A stretch of DNA of 64,000 bases from Desulfomonilia bacterium (GCA_050014195.1 JBEKDT010000013.1:32001-96000), one strand, 5' to 3'. Counted from the stretch's first letter, positions 38,620-49,801 are shown. Program-made: numbers and translations. The notes: generated by a model from the letters alone, not told the origin.

Positions 38620-39495
38620 CTATCCCCGCTTGTTTTTTATTTCCAAAGGGAACCAGCATAAGAAGAAGGCCGTGATCGGTATAAGGTTGCGGTATCTTAA
38701 TGAACGAATGATTGAGCGGGATGATAGATAGAGCATTCTCCCTATGATGAAGAGAGGAAGCTCATGCAAGTGCTCCCAGGTTTTCAATGCCATCAGGATA
38801 TGTCCGCGCGAGACATGATATTCATAAAATAACCCACCTTGAGATGAAGAGCCGATGCCCTCGTGAATAATGTGGATGCCAACCGCGCTGTATATTTTAA
38901 GTCCCTTACTATGCAGCCTCCACGACAAGAAAGCATCCTCACCATACATGAAGAAATCTTCATCGAATAAGAGTTCTCGATCTATAAGGCTTCTTCTGAA
39001 TAATAGGCAGGAGCCGCTAAGAAAGGCAAAGCAAAATGGTCTTTCTTTAAGTGTGACGCTACCGAACAGCTTATTGTACCAGAAGTAACCTATTTCACCA
39101 TGTCCGGTCACTATCCGCGGTGCTATCAAAGAAATATCAGGGTTCTGGTCCATTTTATCCAGCAGTTTTCGGACCATATCCGGAGTTGCTTCAGTATCGT
39201 TGTTCAAAAGCATATAAAAGTCATGGCCCCCGAATTCCTTGATATCGTGTTCCAAGGCTTTATTCATTGCCTTGCCGAATCCAAGATTCTCATCATTGAA
39301 AAGGAGCCTGAGTTCCGCATGAGAAACTGTATTGGAGAACTTCTCAACCAGTTTTGTGAGCTTTTGTGCTTCAGGGCCGGAAGCTGAATTGTCCACGATA
39401 TAAATGGTGTCGAGGAGCTGATTTACAAGTGATCTGATACACTTCTCTGTTTTATGCACACCGAAATAATTAAGAACGATTGCGCAGACTTTCAT
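38620..39495 (-). CDS. GT2 glycosyltransferase
   Basis: IVDNS, NLGFGKAMN, LLNND, FDEDFFMYGED. Confidence 0.88.
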   Translation of the reverse strand: MKVCAIVLNYFGVHKTEKCIRSLVNQLLDTIYIVDNSASGPEAQKLTKLVEKFSNTVSHAELRLLFNDENLGFGKAMNKALEHDIKEFGGHDFYMLLNNDTEATPDMVRKLLDKMDQNPDISLIAPRIVTGHGEIGYFWYNKLFGSVTLKERPFCFAFLSGSCLLFRRSLIDRELLFDEDFFMYGEDAFLSWRLHSKGLKIYSAVGIHIIHEGIGSSSQGGLFYEYHVSRGHILMALKTWEHLHELPLFIIGRMLYLSSRSIIRSLRYRNLIPITAFFLCWFPLEIKNKRG

Positions 39496-39586
39496 TCAGT
39501 GAGTTTTCTCCCACGTATTATATGCTTCTTCAAAAACATCTTAAAACAGTACTTCTAAATTTCCCAAAGACATCGTTTTTTGATAT

Positions 39587-40783
39587 CTATTTCTGAACAA
39601 TCAGATTTTTATAAATTTCAATAAGTTCTTTGGCTTTTGTATCCCAGGAGTAGTTGTTTTCCACAAAGCGTCTAGCGTTTTTACCCATTTCTCTTCGTAG
39701 ACGTTCATCCCTCAGAAGGATCGTGATGCTTTCGGCAAGCTGGGTGGGGTCAGCAGGATCAACTAGAAACCCATTCTCTCCATCTTTAATAATGTCGAGG
39801 ATACCACCGACCCTGGAACCTATACAGGGTTTCTCACAAGCCATAGCCTCGAGCAGTGTCACTCCAAGACCTTCCGTGGTACCATCCCTATCGATTATGG
39901 AAGGCTGAACATAGATATCCGCCAGTGAAAAATATTTGGAAATGAGATTTCCGGGTATGTGACCAAGAAAGGTGACTCTATCAGATAGATTCATTTTCTG
40001 AACCTTGGTTGTCAATTCTTGATAAAGGGTGCCTTCACCCCCGATCAGAAGATGGGGCAGGGGGACTTCGTTCATAAGGCTTATTGCATCGATAAGATAT
40101 GTATGGCCTTTCCACTCCACTAATCTTCCGAGTGAAAAGATTATGAATTTATCTCTCGATTTCTCTGGCAGCAGATTTTTATCTTCCTCTTGCATGATAT
40201 GTGGCTGGAATTTCGTGATATCAACGCTGGGCGGGATAATCTTGATACGTTTCGGCTGTGCCGACTTGAGTACATGAGATTGAGTATATGAGCTGTTACA
40301 TATTACATAGTCGACTTGTTCAAGCAGGATTTTTTCAATCTTTGAAAGTGAACGAGTTGTACCCTGATGCATGAAAAGAACTATGGGCTTTCCATACAGT
40401 TTTGCTGCAATAAACCCTGCCAGTCCGGCGATAGACCAATGAGCATTTACAACATCACAATCACGTGCATGGATTATTGCCTGGATAGTGAACAATGCAA
40501 GGAGGATCGGCAGTTGAACCCTGGTCCAGGGAAATTCTCTTATATTATTTGGTATGCCGCTTCCATAACATAATTTTTGGAGAGTCTCCGGGAAAAAGTA
40601 TCTGAAACGGCGAACTTCAATCCCATCGATTACCTCATTGAGAGGGGCACCAGGGTAATGGGGTGTAATAACCCTGACCTTGATACCCTGCTTGGCAAGA
40701 TGCCGGCATTTTTCAAGAACAAACATTCCTGAGATATCGCCTTTACCTAGGGGAAATGAAGTGGTGAGTACGCATACTTTCAT
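39587..40783 (-). CDS. GT4 glycosyltransferase
   Basis: TTSFP, GRLVEWKG, EGLGVTLLEAMAC, GSRVGGI. Confidence 0.9.
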   Translation of the reverse strand: MKVCVLTTSFPLGKGDISGMFVLEKCRHLAKQGIKVRVITPHYPGAPLNEVIDGIEVRRFRYFFPETLQKLCYGSGIPNNIREFPWTRVQLPILLALFTIQAIIHARDCDVVNAHWSIAGLAGFIAAKLYGKPIVLFMHQGTTRSLSKIEKILLEQVDYVICNSSYTQSHVLKSAQPKRIKIIPPSVDITKFQPHIMQEEDKNLLPEKSRDKFIIFSLGRLVEWKGHTYLIDAISLMNEVPLPHLLIGGEGTLYQELTTKVQKMNLSDRVTFLGHIPGNLISKYFSLADIYVQPSIIDRDGTTEGLGVTLLEAMACEKPCIGSRVGGILDIIKDGENGFLVDPADPTQLAESITILLRDERLRREMGKNARRFVENNYSWDTKAKELIEIYKNLIVQK

Positions 40784-40848
40784 AAAACGATATCTCTTGA
40801 ATTAAACACGTTTATCAGCTGGAGCACTTGAGTACAAAAGAAAGAGGG

Positions 40849-41802
40849 TTATTTCCCTTTGAGATCTTTATTCGCTTCCATGTCGAACCACATGGCAAAA
40901 AGAATAAATAGGCTTGCAGACATGAACGAGAACATAGCAGCCAAGGCATTTAACGGTGGGATTCGTCCGAATTCGACCCAGACCCAGATGAGCCTTATAA
41001 AAAGGATGATCGTGAGAAAATTAAACATAATACCTATGGTATAAAAGAAAATGAGGGGGTGAAAATCACGTATGATGTACTTCTCCTTCATCCTCCACAA
41101 GAACATATTCAGCAACAGCCAACTTATTGTGAACATTACCTTAAGTATATTTATACTCGACCTTTCTCCTACATTGTAAACTGGTTCGATCGGGATGTCC
41201 GCAACACGAAAGTTGTAGACATTGAGCCGCACCAAGAGATCATTAGGCTGTCCGAATCGTTTGTACATCTTGTCCCAGTCAATGAGATGAAGTGCCCTCT
41301 TATTGATCACCGTGTACCCCGATTGGAAGTCTGCCACATGCCAATAACCGGATGCTATTTTGGTGAACAGGGAAAGTAAGGCATTTCCATAATACCTGAC
41401 CCTTGGGATTTTCTTATATGCCTCGCCGGTAAAGAGCCGATTACCCTTGGAGTAGTCGGCCTTGTCTTCCACCACCGGGTCGAGCAGGGCAGGGAGGTCG
41501 TCAGGATTCATCTGACCGTCACCTGCCATGACAGCTGCCGCATCGTATCCATTATCGCGGGCCCACTTATAACCGGAGGCGATGGCGCCGCCAACGCCCT
41601 GATTCTTATCATGAGCAATGAGTTCAAGCTTGGAATTATTTTGTTTATACCCCTTGATAATCTCTACTGTATGGTCTTTGCTGCTGTCATCGATGATGAC
41701 CATCTTGTCCACATATGATGGCATCGTCTCAATGACATTTCCAATCTGGGTCTCTTCATTATATGCCGGAATCACAACGCAGATTCTTTTGTCTTTGTAC
41801 AT
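40849..41802 (-). CDS. GT2 polyprenol-phosphate glycosyltransferase (DPM1-like, with C-terminal TMs)
   Basis: VIPAYNEE, IDDSSKD, NQGVGGAI, MAGDGQM, KGNRL, two C-terminal TM helices. Confidence 0.82.
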   Translation of the reverse strand: MYKDKRICVVIPAYNEETQIGNVIETMPSYVDKMVIIDDSSKDHTVEIIKGYKQNNSKLELIAHDKNQGVGGAIASGYKWARDNGYDAAAVMAGDGQMNPDDLPALLDPVVEDKADYSKGNRLFTGEAYKKIPRVRYYGNALLSLFTKIASGYWHVADFQSGYTVINKRALHLIDWDKMYKRFGQPNDLLVRLNVYNFRVADIPIEPVYNVGERSSINILKVMFTISWLLLNMFLWRMKEKYIIRDFHPLIFFYTIGIMFNFLTIILFIRLIWVWVEFGRIPPLNALAAMFSFMSASLFILFAMWFDMEANKDLKGK

Positions 41803-42230
41803 GATTTCTCCTGATAAATGGCGTTGGGCACGAAAGTATAAATAAAGGAATTCCTACTACGGGCTGGTCCCTTATGGTCATAGACCAGAACTGATACTAT
41901 TTTACGAATCCCACTCATTCGGCACCTTTCATTGACAAGGCAAACTCCGTGCCTTGCAGGTGAAATAAGTATAATTTCCGAAAAATCCCACAGCAGTCTA
42001 TTCGTTATAATTATCGAGCGAGATCATTAATAATCATTAACGATTATCAAATAGTTTCTCATGAGGAAAGCAGCTTTGTCCAATACTTTTTGAACAAGGT
42101 ATATAAATGAATTCACTTTCATATTGAATGATGCTAACACACATACAGGTGTGTAATATATAGGTTTGTGAATTAATAATGATAAGAGTACCTTTAACTA
42201 AGAAGGATATTGTGAGAATTCATTTTTGCT

Positions 42231-42260
42231 ATCACCCTTCGCAAAGCGGAGGGCCGGAAT
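42231..42260. repeat. Degenerate partial copy of the REP-like palindrome
   Basis: ATCACCCTTCGCAAAGCGGAGGGCCGGAA resembles GTCACCCCCGCGAAAGCGGGGGTCCAGAA at 15372. Confidence 0.4.
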
Positions 42261-42286
42261 TATTTTATAACAATTGAGAAAAAGCT

Positions 42287-44860
42287 ATGAATGAGATAAA
42301 CAAGCATCACGAATCTGTCGAAAAAGAGCTTTTGAACAATCAAACTCCATTTTCCATAAAGAATCCAGGTTTAAAATTGTTATACTTTCTTTTGGCATTA
42401 TTACCGGTAATTCTTGTCTTTGCCATATATGCCAATACTTTTGAAGGTCCATATATATTTGATGATTTGCCGAATATCACAGGCAACTATCATATTCGCC
42501 TTACCCAGATATCCCTTAAAGGCCTTATGGATGCGGGGTTTAAAAGTATTGCTTCAAACAGGCCGATACCCAACATCAGTTTTGCCCTTAATTTCTATTT
42601 TCACCAATACCATGTTTTTGGTTATCACCTGGTTAACATTATTATTCATCTCTTAGCAGGACTTTCCCTTTTTTTAGTTTTAAGAGAAACTTTAAGGATC
42701 AGCCTGAAAATACAGGCAGGCTCTTTTCCAGAATCAATAAAACCATCACTGCTGGCTTACATCGTAACAATTGTCTGGCTCGTTCACCCACTCCATACGC
42801 AGTCCATCACATATATTGTTCAAAGAATGAACAGCATGGCTTCTATGTTCTATGTATTGTCATTGTGGTTTTATATCAAAGGCCGCCTCACAAGCGGCAA
42901 TCGGAGATGGGGTTTCTTTGCAGGCTGTCTGATATCCGGGCTTCTTGCGTTTGGCTCTAAGGAGATGACTGCAACACTACCTATCTTTATATTTCTTTAT
43001 GAATGGTATTTCTTCCAGGATCTTGACAAGTCATGGATTACAAAAAAGATATTACCGGTCACATTCGTCTTGGTTTTATTATCATTGCTTACATTATTAT
43101 TTCATCCGCTGCTAGGTATTTTAGGAGGTTATAGTTTCAGGCCATTCACTCTTACGCAGAGATTATTTACCGAGTTGCGCGTAGTAATGCTCTACATCAG
43201 CCTAATCTTTTTCCCTCATCCGATGCGGCTTAATCTTGACTATGATTTTCCACTTTCCCTTTCTTTAGTAAATCCTGTTACCACGCTTTTCTCGTTTGTC
43301 TTTTTATTTTGTATTTTTGTTGCGGCAATTGTGTTGGCAAAGAAGGAAAGGTTGATTTCATTTTGCATACTTTGGTTTCTTGGTAACCTTGTTATAGAAT
43401 CATCCGTAATACCACTTGAATTAGTATATGAACATAGAACATATTTGCCATCAATGTTTTTTGTACTTCTTATTATCGTGGTATTTTATCGTTTCATCCG
43501 TATGGCAAAAGTAAGGATAGGAATTATTTGCATAATTGTTGTCATTTTCTCTGTATGGACATATCAGCGAAATACGGTTTGGAGCGATGAAGGTGACTTG
43601 CTGCGAGACATCGTAATGAAATCACCCTATAAAGCAAGATGTTATAATAATCTCGCTGCATCTTATATAAAAAAGTCAGAATATGAAAAGGCCCTCGATC
43701 AGCTTTATAAGGCGTTAGAACTCCCTAATAATAACGATTGTTTAGACCTTGTTTATGAGAACATAGGGCTTAGTTATCTTAATATGAAACAGTATGAGAA
43801 AGCGATATATTATCTAAACAAATCGATAGGAACAGTTGGCTACGATGCAAGGTTCAACCGTGCTCGGACATTACTTGGACTAGCCCTTGAAAAAACAGGA
43901 AGGGTTTCTGAGGCCATCGTTCAATATAAGGAGGCTGTCAAGGAATACCCGACTTCCCATGAAGCACAAAACTTTCTTGGTAAATATCTGGCAAAAAATG
44001 GGATGATTGAGGAAGGCAAGACTCATATCTTAGAAGCCTTGAGATTAGACCCTGCCTACAATGAAGCATATAATAATATTGCCAATATTCTTATACAAGA
44101 GGGCAAAACCGATGAGGCAATCAATTATTACAAGGAAGCATTAGCACATAATCCTCTTTATGCAGATGCATACTATAATCTTGGTATTGTAATGGCGGAG
44201 CAAGGAAGGGATATCGAAGCAATAGACTATTTCACTCATGCTATTCAGATAAGTAGATCATATTTCCCGAGTGCACGGGAAAATCTGGCAGTGCTTTTTT
44301 ACAAGAGGGGAGAATTACAGAAGGCCATTGAACAGTGCCGGCAGTTACAGCTTGCCAACCTTGCTGATGCAAAAGTTAAACAGATTCTCGCTGTCGCTGT
44401 TGATCGTAAAAATAAGATAGATACAAATATTAGCAAAGTACGCAATGCTGTTGAACGTAGCGCACAAGATCCTAAGTTATACTATCAACTCGGTGACTTA
44501 TTAAGAATGGAAGGCAATTTTGACGATGCAATTAAAAGCTATGAAAAAGCAATCTCATTTATGCCTGGTTTCTCTCAAGCATACCAACAGATCGCTATAG
44601 TTTATTCACTGAAAGGAGATAATAACAGAGCCGGATCGTATTTTCGAAAAAGCGTTGATATAGATCCTAATAACCCGGATTCATATTATAATTTAGCATG
44701 TTTGTATGCAAAGATGAACAATGTTGAAGAATCCACACGATGGTTGAAGATTGCAGTAGAAAAGGGGTTTCACAACATTGACTTGTTGAAAACAGATAGA
44801 GATCTCACAAACATAAGAAATACCTCATACTATAAGGAACTGATTCAACGCGGTGGTTGA
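42287..44860 (+). CDS. TMTC-like GT-C glycosyltransferase with long TPR array
   Basis: YIFDD, NRP, HLVNIIIH, HPLHTQSITYIVQR, SKE, EHRTYLPS, RNTVWSD, then about 10 TPRs and YYNLAC..KGF..DRDL cap. Confidence 0.8.
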   Translation: MNEINKHHESVEKELLNNQTPFSIKNPGLKLLYFLLALLPVILVFAIYANTFEGPYIFDDLPNITGNYHIRLTQISLKGLMDAGFKSIASNRPIPNISFALNFYFHQYHVFGYHLVNIIIHLLAGLSLFLVLRETLRISLKIQAGSFPESIKPSLLAYIVTIVWLVHPLHTQSITYIVQRMNSMASMFYVLSLWFYIKGRLTSGNRRWGFFAGCLISGLLAFGSKEMTATLPIFIFLYEWYFFQDLDKSWITKKILPVTFVLVLLSLLTLLFHPLLGILGGYSFRPFTLTQRLFTELRVVMLYISLIFFPHPMRLNLDYDFPLSLSLVNPVTTLFSFVFLFCIFVAAIVLAKKERLISFCILWFLGNLVIESSVIPLELVYEHRTYLPSMFFVLLIIVVFYRFIRMAKVRIGIICIIVVIFSVWTYQRNTVWSDEGDLLRDIVMKSPYKARCYNNLAASYIKKSEYEKALDQLYKALELPNNNDCLDLVYENIGLSYLNMKQYEKAIYYLNKSIGTVGYDARFNRARTLLGLALEKTGRVSEAIVQYKEAVKEYPTSHEAQNFLGKYLAKNGMIEEGKTHILEALRLDPAYNEAYNNIANILIQEGKTDEAINYYKEALAHNPLYADAYYNLGIVMAEQGRDIEAIDYFTHAIQISRSYFPSARENLAVLFYKRGELQKAIEQCRQLQLANLADAKVKQILAVAVDRKNKIDTNISKVRNAVERSAQDPKLYYQLGDLLRMEGNFDDAIKSYEKAISFMPGFSQAYQQIAIVYSLKGDNNRAGSYFRKSVDIDPNNPDSYYNLACLYAKMNNVEESTRWLKIAVEKGFHNIDLLKTDRDLTNIRNTSYYKELIQRGG

Positions 44861-44909
44861 TAGAACATTTATAAAATGAGCAGGCATATTCTCCCTAGAT
44901 GATAACACT

Positions 44910-47090
44910 ATGACACAAGGTGATTTACCTTATAGTTATACGAGAGCATGGATCTGTCCTTTTCTCATAATACTTATTTTCATAACACTTGCAGTGAAAT
45001 ATGCAGAACCTCTCAAGGATGGGGACCTTTGGTTTCAAATGGCTTATGGCCAATATTTATTAGAGAACCATACATTAGTACCCGACCATACAATCTATAG
45101 CTGGACTCCAACAGATGGAAAACAGATATACTGTGCATGGATAGCAGAAATTTTATTTTATACTTTATACAAAATTGGTGGTTTAAACCTTCTCTTTGCT
45201 TTCAGATATATATGTTTATTGGTTTTTCTTGTTTTCGTTATTCTTCATGCCCAAAGATACAAGGTTGCCCAAAATCCTGTTACTTGGCTGATCTGCCTGA
45301 TAGGGTCATTTATGATTCAGGCTGGTGTTCAAATCAAACCCGAAATATTCTCTTTATTATTCATGACCTTCACAGTATGGACCTGGTGGTTCGTAAAGAT
45401 TTCTCCTGAAAAAGGGTGGATGCGATGTTATCTATTCCCAGCAATTGTATTGGTCTGGGTAAACACCCATGGTGGTGTGATATTCGGCATCGCATACCTG
45501 GGCCTGCTTTTCATCGGAGAAGTATTGAATGGTTTCATATCTCAAAAGGAGAAACTTACATCAAAGACAAGAAAGCATTTTTTCATATCAATGTCTCTGT
45601 GCGTTATTGCCGTATTTCTTACCCCCTATGGATGGAGATATCCATATGATATAATCCAGAATTTTATTATAAATAGTGAATCTCAAGTTAGAGATTTCAA
45701 GACAGTCTTGGCTTATCAGACAATTTTCTTTCAAGGGGCAAGATGGCAGCATTATTTAGAATACTTCATTCTAGGAAGTGCAATCCTGGGTATTCTTTTA
45801 TGGCCAAGCCTTAAAAAGGGAAAGCTTGATTGGCCATTGGTCCTGACAAATATTGGTTTCGGATTTCTTTATATGGAATTTGTCAGAACTACCTACTTCT
45901 GGGGAATAATTTTTATATTCAGTGCAATATATCTCATTCATGACGGGTTTGTATGGTGGAGCAGGAATAAAGTCTTTTCAAAATATGCCACGATCATCAG
46001 TATCATTTTGTGTATAATCCTTTCTGGAAGAGAGATGATAGAATCAATTTGTAAACCATTATTCGGATTCTGGATCAATTATAACAGCCCTATAGAGGAG
46101 GCTGAATATATACGGAAAAACTTTGAAGGTCATCATATAGGTAATGATTATGATACAGGTTCTTATTTATTATGGTCTCTTAAGCCAGAGAAAAAGGTAT
46201 TTATTGATGCCCGTTATTTTCCTTATAAACCATGGTATCATGAATATGCTGAGTTTGAGTATGGAAGAAGTAAGAAATATAAAGATCAATTTATCAACAA
46301 GTATCGATGTGATTTGTGGTGTGTAACATATGATTTCCCTCAACTTTCTTATTTTCTAAAATCACCGGATTGGAAGTTGGTGCATTACGGCCCCGCGGCT
46401 TGTATTTTTGTTCGCAAGGATATGAATATAACCCAAGATGGTTTTGATCTAAGCAAGATTTCTCATGATAATTTACAACCTCATCAAGCATATAAACTCA
46501 TACATTTCTCATTGCAGGTCGGTGAGATAGACACAGCAGTTGCAATAGCCCAAAAAATAAATACCAGCTATTTCTGTCCCCAAAAGGAGAAGCTTATTGC
46601 TTATGCTTATATAGAATTGGGAGAGGCATTTTCAAGGAAGGGCTCTGTTGATAGATCCATAGAATATTACTTAAAAGCCCTGCATATCGGGAAAATCAAT
46701 GATCCTGAAATTTATAACAGGTTAGGCGGGTTATATTGTAAAAAGCAGGAATTTATCAAAGCCATTGAACAATATAACAAAGCATTAGCATATAAAAAGG
46801 ATTATACCCCGGCACTCCATAACTTGTCTGTTGTCTATTCACAGATGGGTAAATTTAACTATGCACTCTATTACCTGCAAAGAATGATCGAGTTGCAACC
46901 CAATGATTCTGAAGCCTATTACAATGTTGCCTGCATATATTCCAGGCAGAAAAAGGTTGATGAAGCAATCGATTGGTTGAATAAAGCTATAGAGAGAGGA
47001 TTTAACAATTGGAATCTTATGAAGTCAGATAATGATTTGGCCAATATTAGGCAATCATTGTACTATCAAAATATTATAAAGAATCATTGA
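44910..47090 (+). CDS. Multi-TM GT-C-like membrane protein with TPRs (paralogue of 15532..17835)
   Basis: DGDLWFQMAYGQY, WVNTHGG, LTPYGW, VFIDARYFPY, CDLWC, TPRs and cap. Confidence 0.75.
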   Translation: MTQGDLPYSYTRAWICPFLIILIFITLAVKYAEPLKDGDLWFQMAYGQYLLENHTLVPDHTIYSWTPTDGKQIYCAWIAEILFYTLYKIGGLNLLFAFRYICLLVFLVFVILHAQRYKVAQNPVTWLICLIGSFMIQAGVQIKPEIFSLLFMTFTVWTWWFVKISPEKGWMRCYLFPAIVLVWVNTHGGVIFGIAYLGLLFIGEVLNGFISQKEKLTSKTRKHFFISMSLCVIAVFLTPYGWRYPYDIIQNFIINSESQVRDFKTVLAYQTIFFQGARWQHYLEYFILGSAILGILLWPSLKKGKLDWPLVLTNIGFGFLYMEFVRTTYFWGIIFIFSAIYLIHDGFVWWSRNKVFSKYATIISIILCIILSGREMIESICKPLFGFWINYNSPIEEAEYIRKNFEGHHIGNDYDTGSYLLWSLKPEKKVFIDARYFPYKPWYHEYAEFEYGRSKKYKDQFINKYRCDLWCVTYDFPQLSYFLKSPDWKLVHYGPAACIFVRKDMNITQDGFDLSKISHDNLQPHQAYKLIHFSLQVGEIDTAVAIAQKINTSYFCPQKEKLIAYAYIELGEAFSRKGSVDRSIEYYLKALHIGKINDPEIYNRLGGLYCKKQEFIKAIEQYNKALAYKKDYTPALHNLSVVYSQMGKFNYALYYLQRMIELQPNDSEAYYNVACIYSRQKKVDEAIDWLNKAIERGFNNWNLMKSDNDLANIRQSLYYQNIIKNH

Positions 47091-47108
47091 AAGATATAGG
47101 GGGATACA

Positions 47109-47858
47109 TTGTATCGCAATAAAAAAGTTATTGTCGTAATGCCGGCATATGAGGCAGAGGAGACTTTGAAGAGGACTTATGATGAGGTGATGGCGCAGGG
47201 GGTAGTGGACCTGGTGATCATAGTGGATGACAATAGCAAAGACCAAACTGTCGAGATTGCCAAATCCCTTGCCGACACCATGGTTCACAAGCATAATAAA
47301 AATTCCGGTTATGGCGGCAACCAAAAGACCTGTTATAAACTTGCACTTCAACAGGGTGGAGACATTGTTATTATGGTGCATCCCGACTATCAGTATACCC
47401 CCAAGCTCATACCCAGTATGGTTTCGATGATCGGTAGCGGCCTGTATCACTGTGTGCTCGGTTCGCGAATCCTTGGCGGATACGCTCTCAATGGTGGAAT
47501 GCCCTTGTGGAGGTATGTCTCAAACCGGTTTCTCACATTTGTTGAGAATATCCTTATGAATGCAAAACTCTCGGAGTATCATACCGGTTATCGGGCATTT
47601 TCACGAGAGTTGCTTGAAAGGGTTCCATTTCAGAAGAACTCCGACGACTTTGTATTTGATAACCAGATGCTCGCTCAAATTCTCTGGTTAGGCTATACTA
47701 TTGCAGAAGTAAGTTGTCCCACGAATTATTTTGAAGAAGCATCTTCCATTAATTTTATGAGAAGCATCAAGTACGGTTTCAGTTGCTTAAATACTGCACT
47801 TTCTTTCAGGCTTGCCAGAATGGGGCTTATCAAATCCGCTCTTTTTACTTCTGCTTAA
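47109..47858 (+). CDS. DPM1-like GT2 polyprenol-phosphate glycosyltransferase
   Basis: TTG start; VVMPAY, VDDNSKD, GYGGNQK, MVHPDYQY, VLGSR, HTGYRAFS, FVFD. Confidence 0.88.
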   Translation: MYRNKKVIVVMPAYEAEETLKRTYDEVMAQGVVDLVIIVDDNSKDQTVEIAKSLADTMVHKHNKNSGYGGNQKTCYKLALQQGGDIVIMVHPDYQYTPKLIPSMVSMIGSGLYHCVLGSRILGGYALNGGMPLWRYVSNRFLTFVENILMNAKLSEYHTGYRAFSRELLERVPFQKNSDDFVFDNQMLAQILWLGYTIAEVSCPTNYFEEASSINFMRSIKYGFSCLNTALSFRLARMGLIKSALFTSA

Positions 47859-47895
47859 TACTTTTTGCATTCAGAGTAGATTAAAGAGCGTACTC

Positions 47896-49779
47896 ATGAA
47901 TAAATATTGGATCAAGAGTATTATTGTCATAATCATCGCTGCATGTGTGTTTACAGCATATTGGCAAGTTAATGGATTTAATTTTGTTAACTTCGATGAT
48001 CCAGTGTACATAACTACAAACAAGGACATCAGACACGGGTTGACCCTCGATGGCCTTGAGTTTGCTTTCACCTGTGTTTATGCCTCCAACTGGCACCCCC
48101 TCACATGGATCTCCCATATGCTGGATGTTGAAATGTTCGGGCTTAATCCAGGCATGCATCACCTTACCAATGTGTTTCTTCACATCTTAAACAGCATTCT
48201 CTTGTTTCTTGTGTTCGAACGTATGACAGGTGCGATCTGGAGGAGCGCTGCAGTCGCAGCCCTGTTCGCGCTCCATCCTATCCATGTCGAGTCAGTAGCG
48301 TGGATATCTGAACGTAAGGATGTGCTGAGCACTTTCTTCTGGATGCTCACCATGTTGGCCTATCATTGGTATGTCATGAATAAAACAATCTCAAGATACC
48401 TTCTGGTAGCATTGCTCTTCGGGCTTGGACTTATGGCAAAACCCATGTTGGTAACGCTTCCCTTTGTACTGCTGCTCCTGGATTTCTGGCCGCTTAGGAG
48501 AAATGAACTCGCCTTTCGATTGATTGCGACCGATTCCAAGCATGAACAAAACATATGGTCTCATATAAACCTGCATGGAGCATTACCGTTGATTCTTGAG
48601 AAGATCCCTCTCATAATTATGGCCATCATAGCCGGCAGTGAGACTTTCTATGCACAGTGGGTAGGCGGGGCGGTAAATTCCTTAGGGCAAGTGCATTTAG
48701 CAATGAGGGTACAAAACGCCATTACCTCTTATGTGGCCTACCTCTGGAAAATGATATGGCCGATGCATTTGTCGGTTTTTTATCCATATCCGTGGCACTT
48801 CAACATCGCTGTCGTGGCTTCATGCCTTATATTCCTCACCGTAGTAACCTTTACTGTTCTTATTGTTGGAAAGAAAATGCCCTATCTTGCAACAGGCTGG
48901 CTTTGGTATCTGGGTACACTGGTGCCTGTTATCGGCATCATAAAGGTCGGCTCTCAGGCGATGGCTGACCGATATACCTATATCCCGCTCATTGGAATAT
49001 TTGTCATGGTTGTTTGGGGTTTAAGAGACATATTCTATAGATGGAGTTATGGTAAAGTTGCCCTTGGATCGCTGGCATTGATTATCCTGGCGTTGCTCAC
49101 TTGGGCAACATCAATCCAGGTGGCTACCTGGAAGAACAGTGAAATTCTGTTCAGTCATGCCCTGGCTGTAACCGGAGACAACTACTTAGCCCATGATAAT
49201 CTTGGGGTGGCTCTTTTTGATAGGGGTGATGTGGATGGTGCTATCAAACATTATAGGGAATCCATCAGGCTCAGAAAAAATTACGTGAATGCACAATGCA
49301 ACCTGGGGGTGGCACTGGCGAAGAAGAAGCAGTATGCCGAGGCATTTACCCACTATCGCGAATGCCTGAGGATCAAACCGGGATATTCAGAGGCATATTA
49401 CAACATGGGAGTAGCTCTTGCTGACCTTGGCAGGAAAGATGAAGCCGTCAAACAATACACAGAGGTCCTGAAGAACTATCCCCAGCATGAAAATGCCCAC
49501 AGAAATTTAGGCCTTCTGCTGGCTGAAAAGGGCAATTTTGATGAGGCAATAGCGCATTATTATAAGGCCCTTGATGCTAATCCTGACAACGTCGGGACAC
49601 GTATCAACCTTGCCGATTCACTATTGAAGCAGGGCAATATTGAAAGAGCACTGATTCAAATTGAAGAGGCTCTCAAAATCGATCCCAAAAACCTGAACCT
49701 GCATACAAAGTTCGAAGAGATTCAAATGAAGAAAAGAGGCTCTTGCACGACCTACAAAAATTTGCCGCCACCCAAGTGA
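47896..49779 (+). CDS. TMTC-like GT-C glycosyltransferase with TPRs
   Basis: Likely start 47896 (ORF track 47812). FVNFDD, WHPLTWISH, HPIHVESVAWISERKD, AKPM, EKIP, ADRYTYIP, WKNS, about 5 TPRs. Confidence 0.82.
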   Translation: MNKYWIKSIIVIIIAACVFTAYWQVNGFNFVNFDDPVYITTNKDIRHGLTLDGLEFAFTCVYASNWHPLTWISHMLDVEMFGLNPGMHHLTNVFLHILNSILLFLVFERMTGAIWRSAAVAALFALHPIHVESVAWISERKDVLSTFFWMLTMLAYHWYVMNKTISRYLLVALLFGLGLMAKPMLVTLPFVLLLLDFWPLRRNELAFRLIATDSKHEQNIWSHINLHGALPLILEKIPLIIMAIIAGSETFYAQWVGGAVNSLGQVHLAMRVQNAITSYVAYLWKMIWPMHLSVFYPYPWHFNIAVVASCLIFLTVVTFTVLIVGKKMPYLATGWLWYLGTLVPVIGIIKVGSQAMADRYTYIPLIGIFVMVVWGLRDIFYRWSYGKVALGSLALIILALLTWATSIQVATWKNSEILFSHALAVTGDNYLAHDNLGVALFDRGDVDGAIKHYRESIRLRKNYVNAQCNLGVALAKKKQYAEAFTHYRECLRIKPGYSEAYYNMGVALADLGRKDEAVKQYTEVLKNYPQHENAHRNLGLLLAEKGNFDEAIAHYYKALDANPDNVGTRINLADSLLKQGNIERALIQIEEALKIDPKNLNLHTKFEEIQMKKRGSCTTYKNLPPPK

Positions 49780-49801
49780 GTTGGAATTTACGGTTCATCA
49801 C

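Noticed and set aside
29362-41802. Labelling the block a standard Wzy-dependent O-antigen cluster
   Set aside because: No Wzy, Wzz, WaaL or initiating phosphoglycosyltransferase is recognisable in the window; the final acceptor cannot be determined from this sequence.
41840-41965. Hairpins in the divergent intergenic region (CTGGTC/GACCAG, CAAGGCA/TGCCTTG)
   Set aside because: Short stems without a recognisable riboswitch or terminator signature; insufficient evidence.
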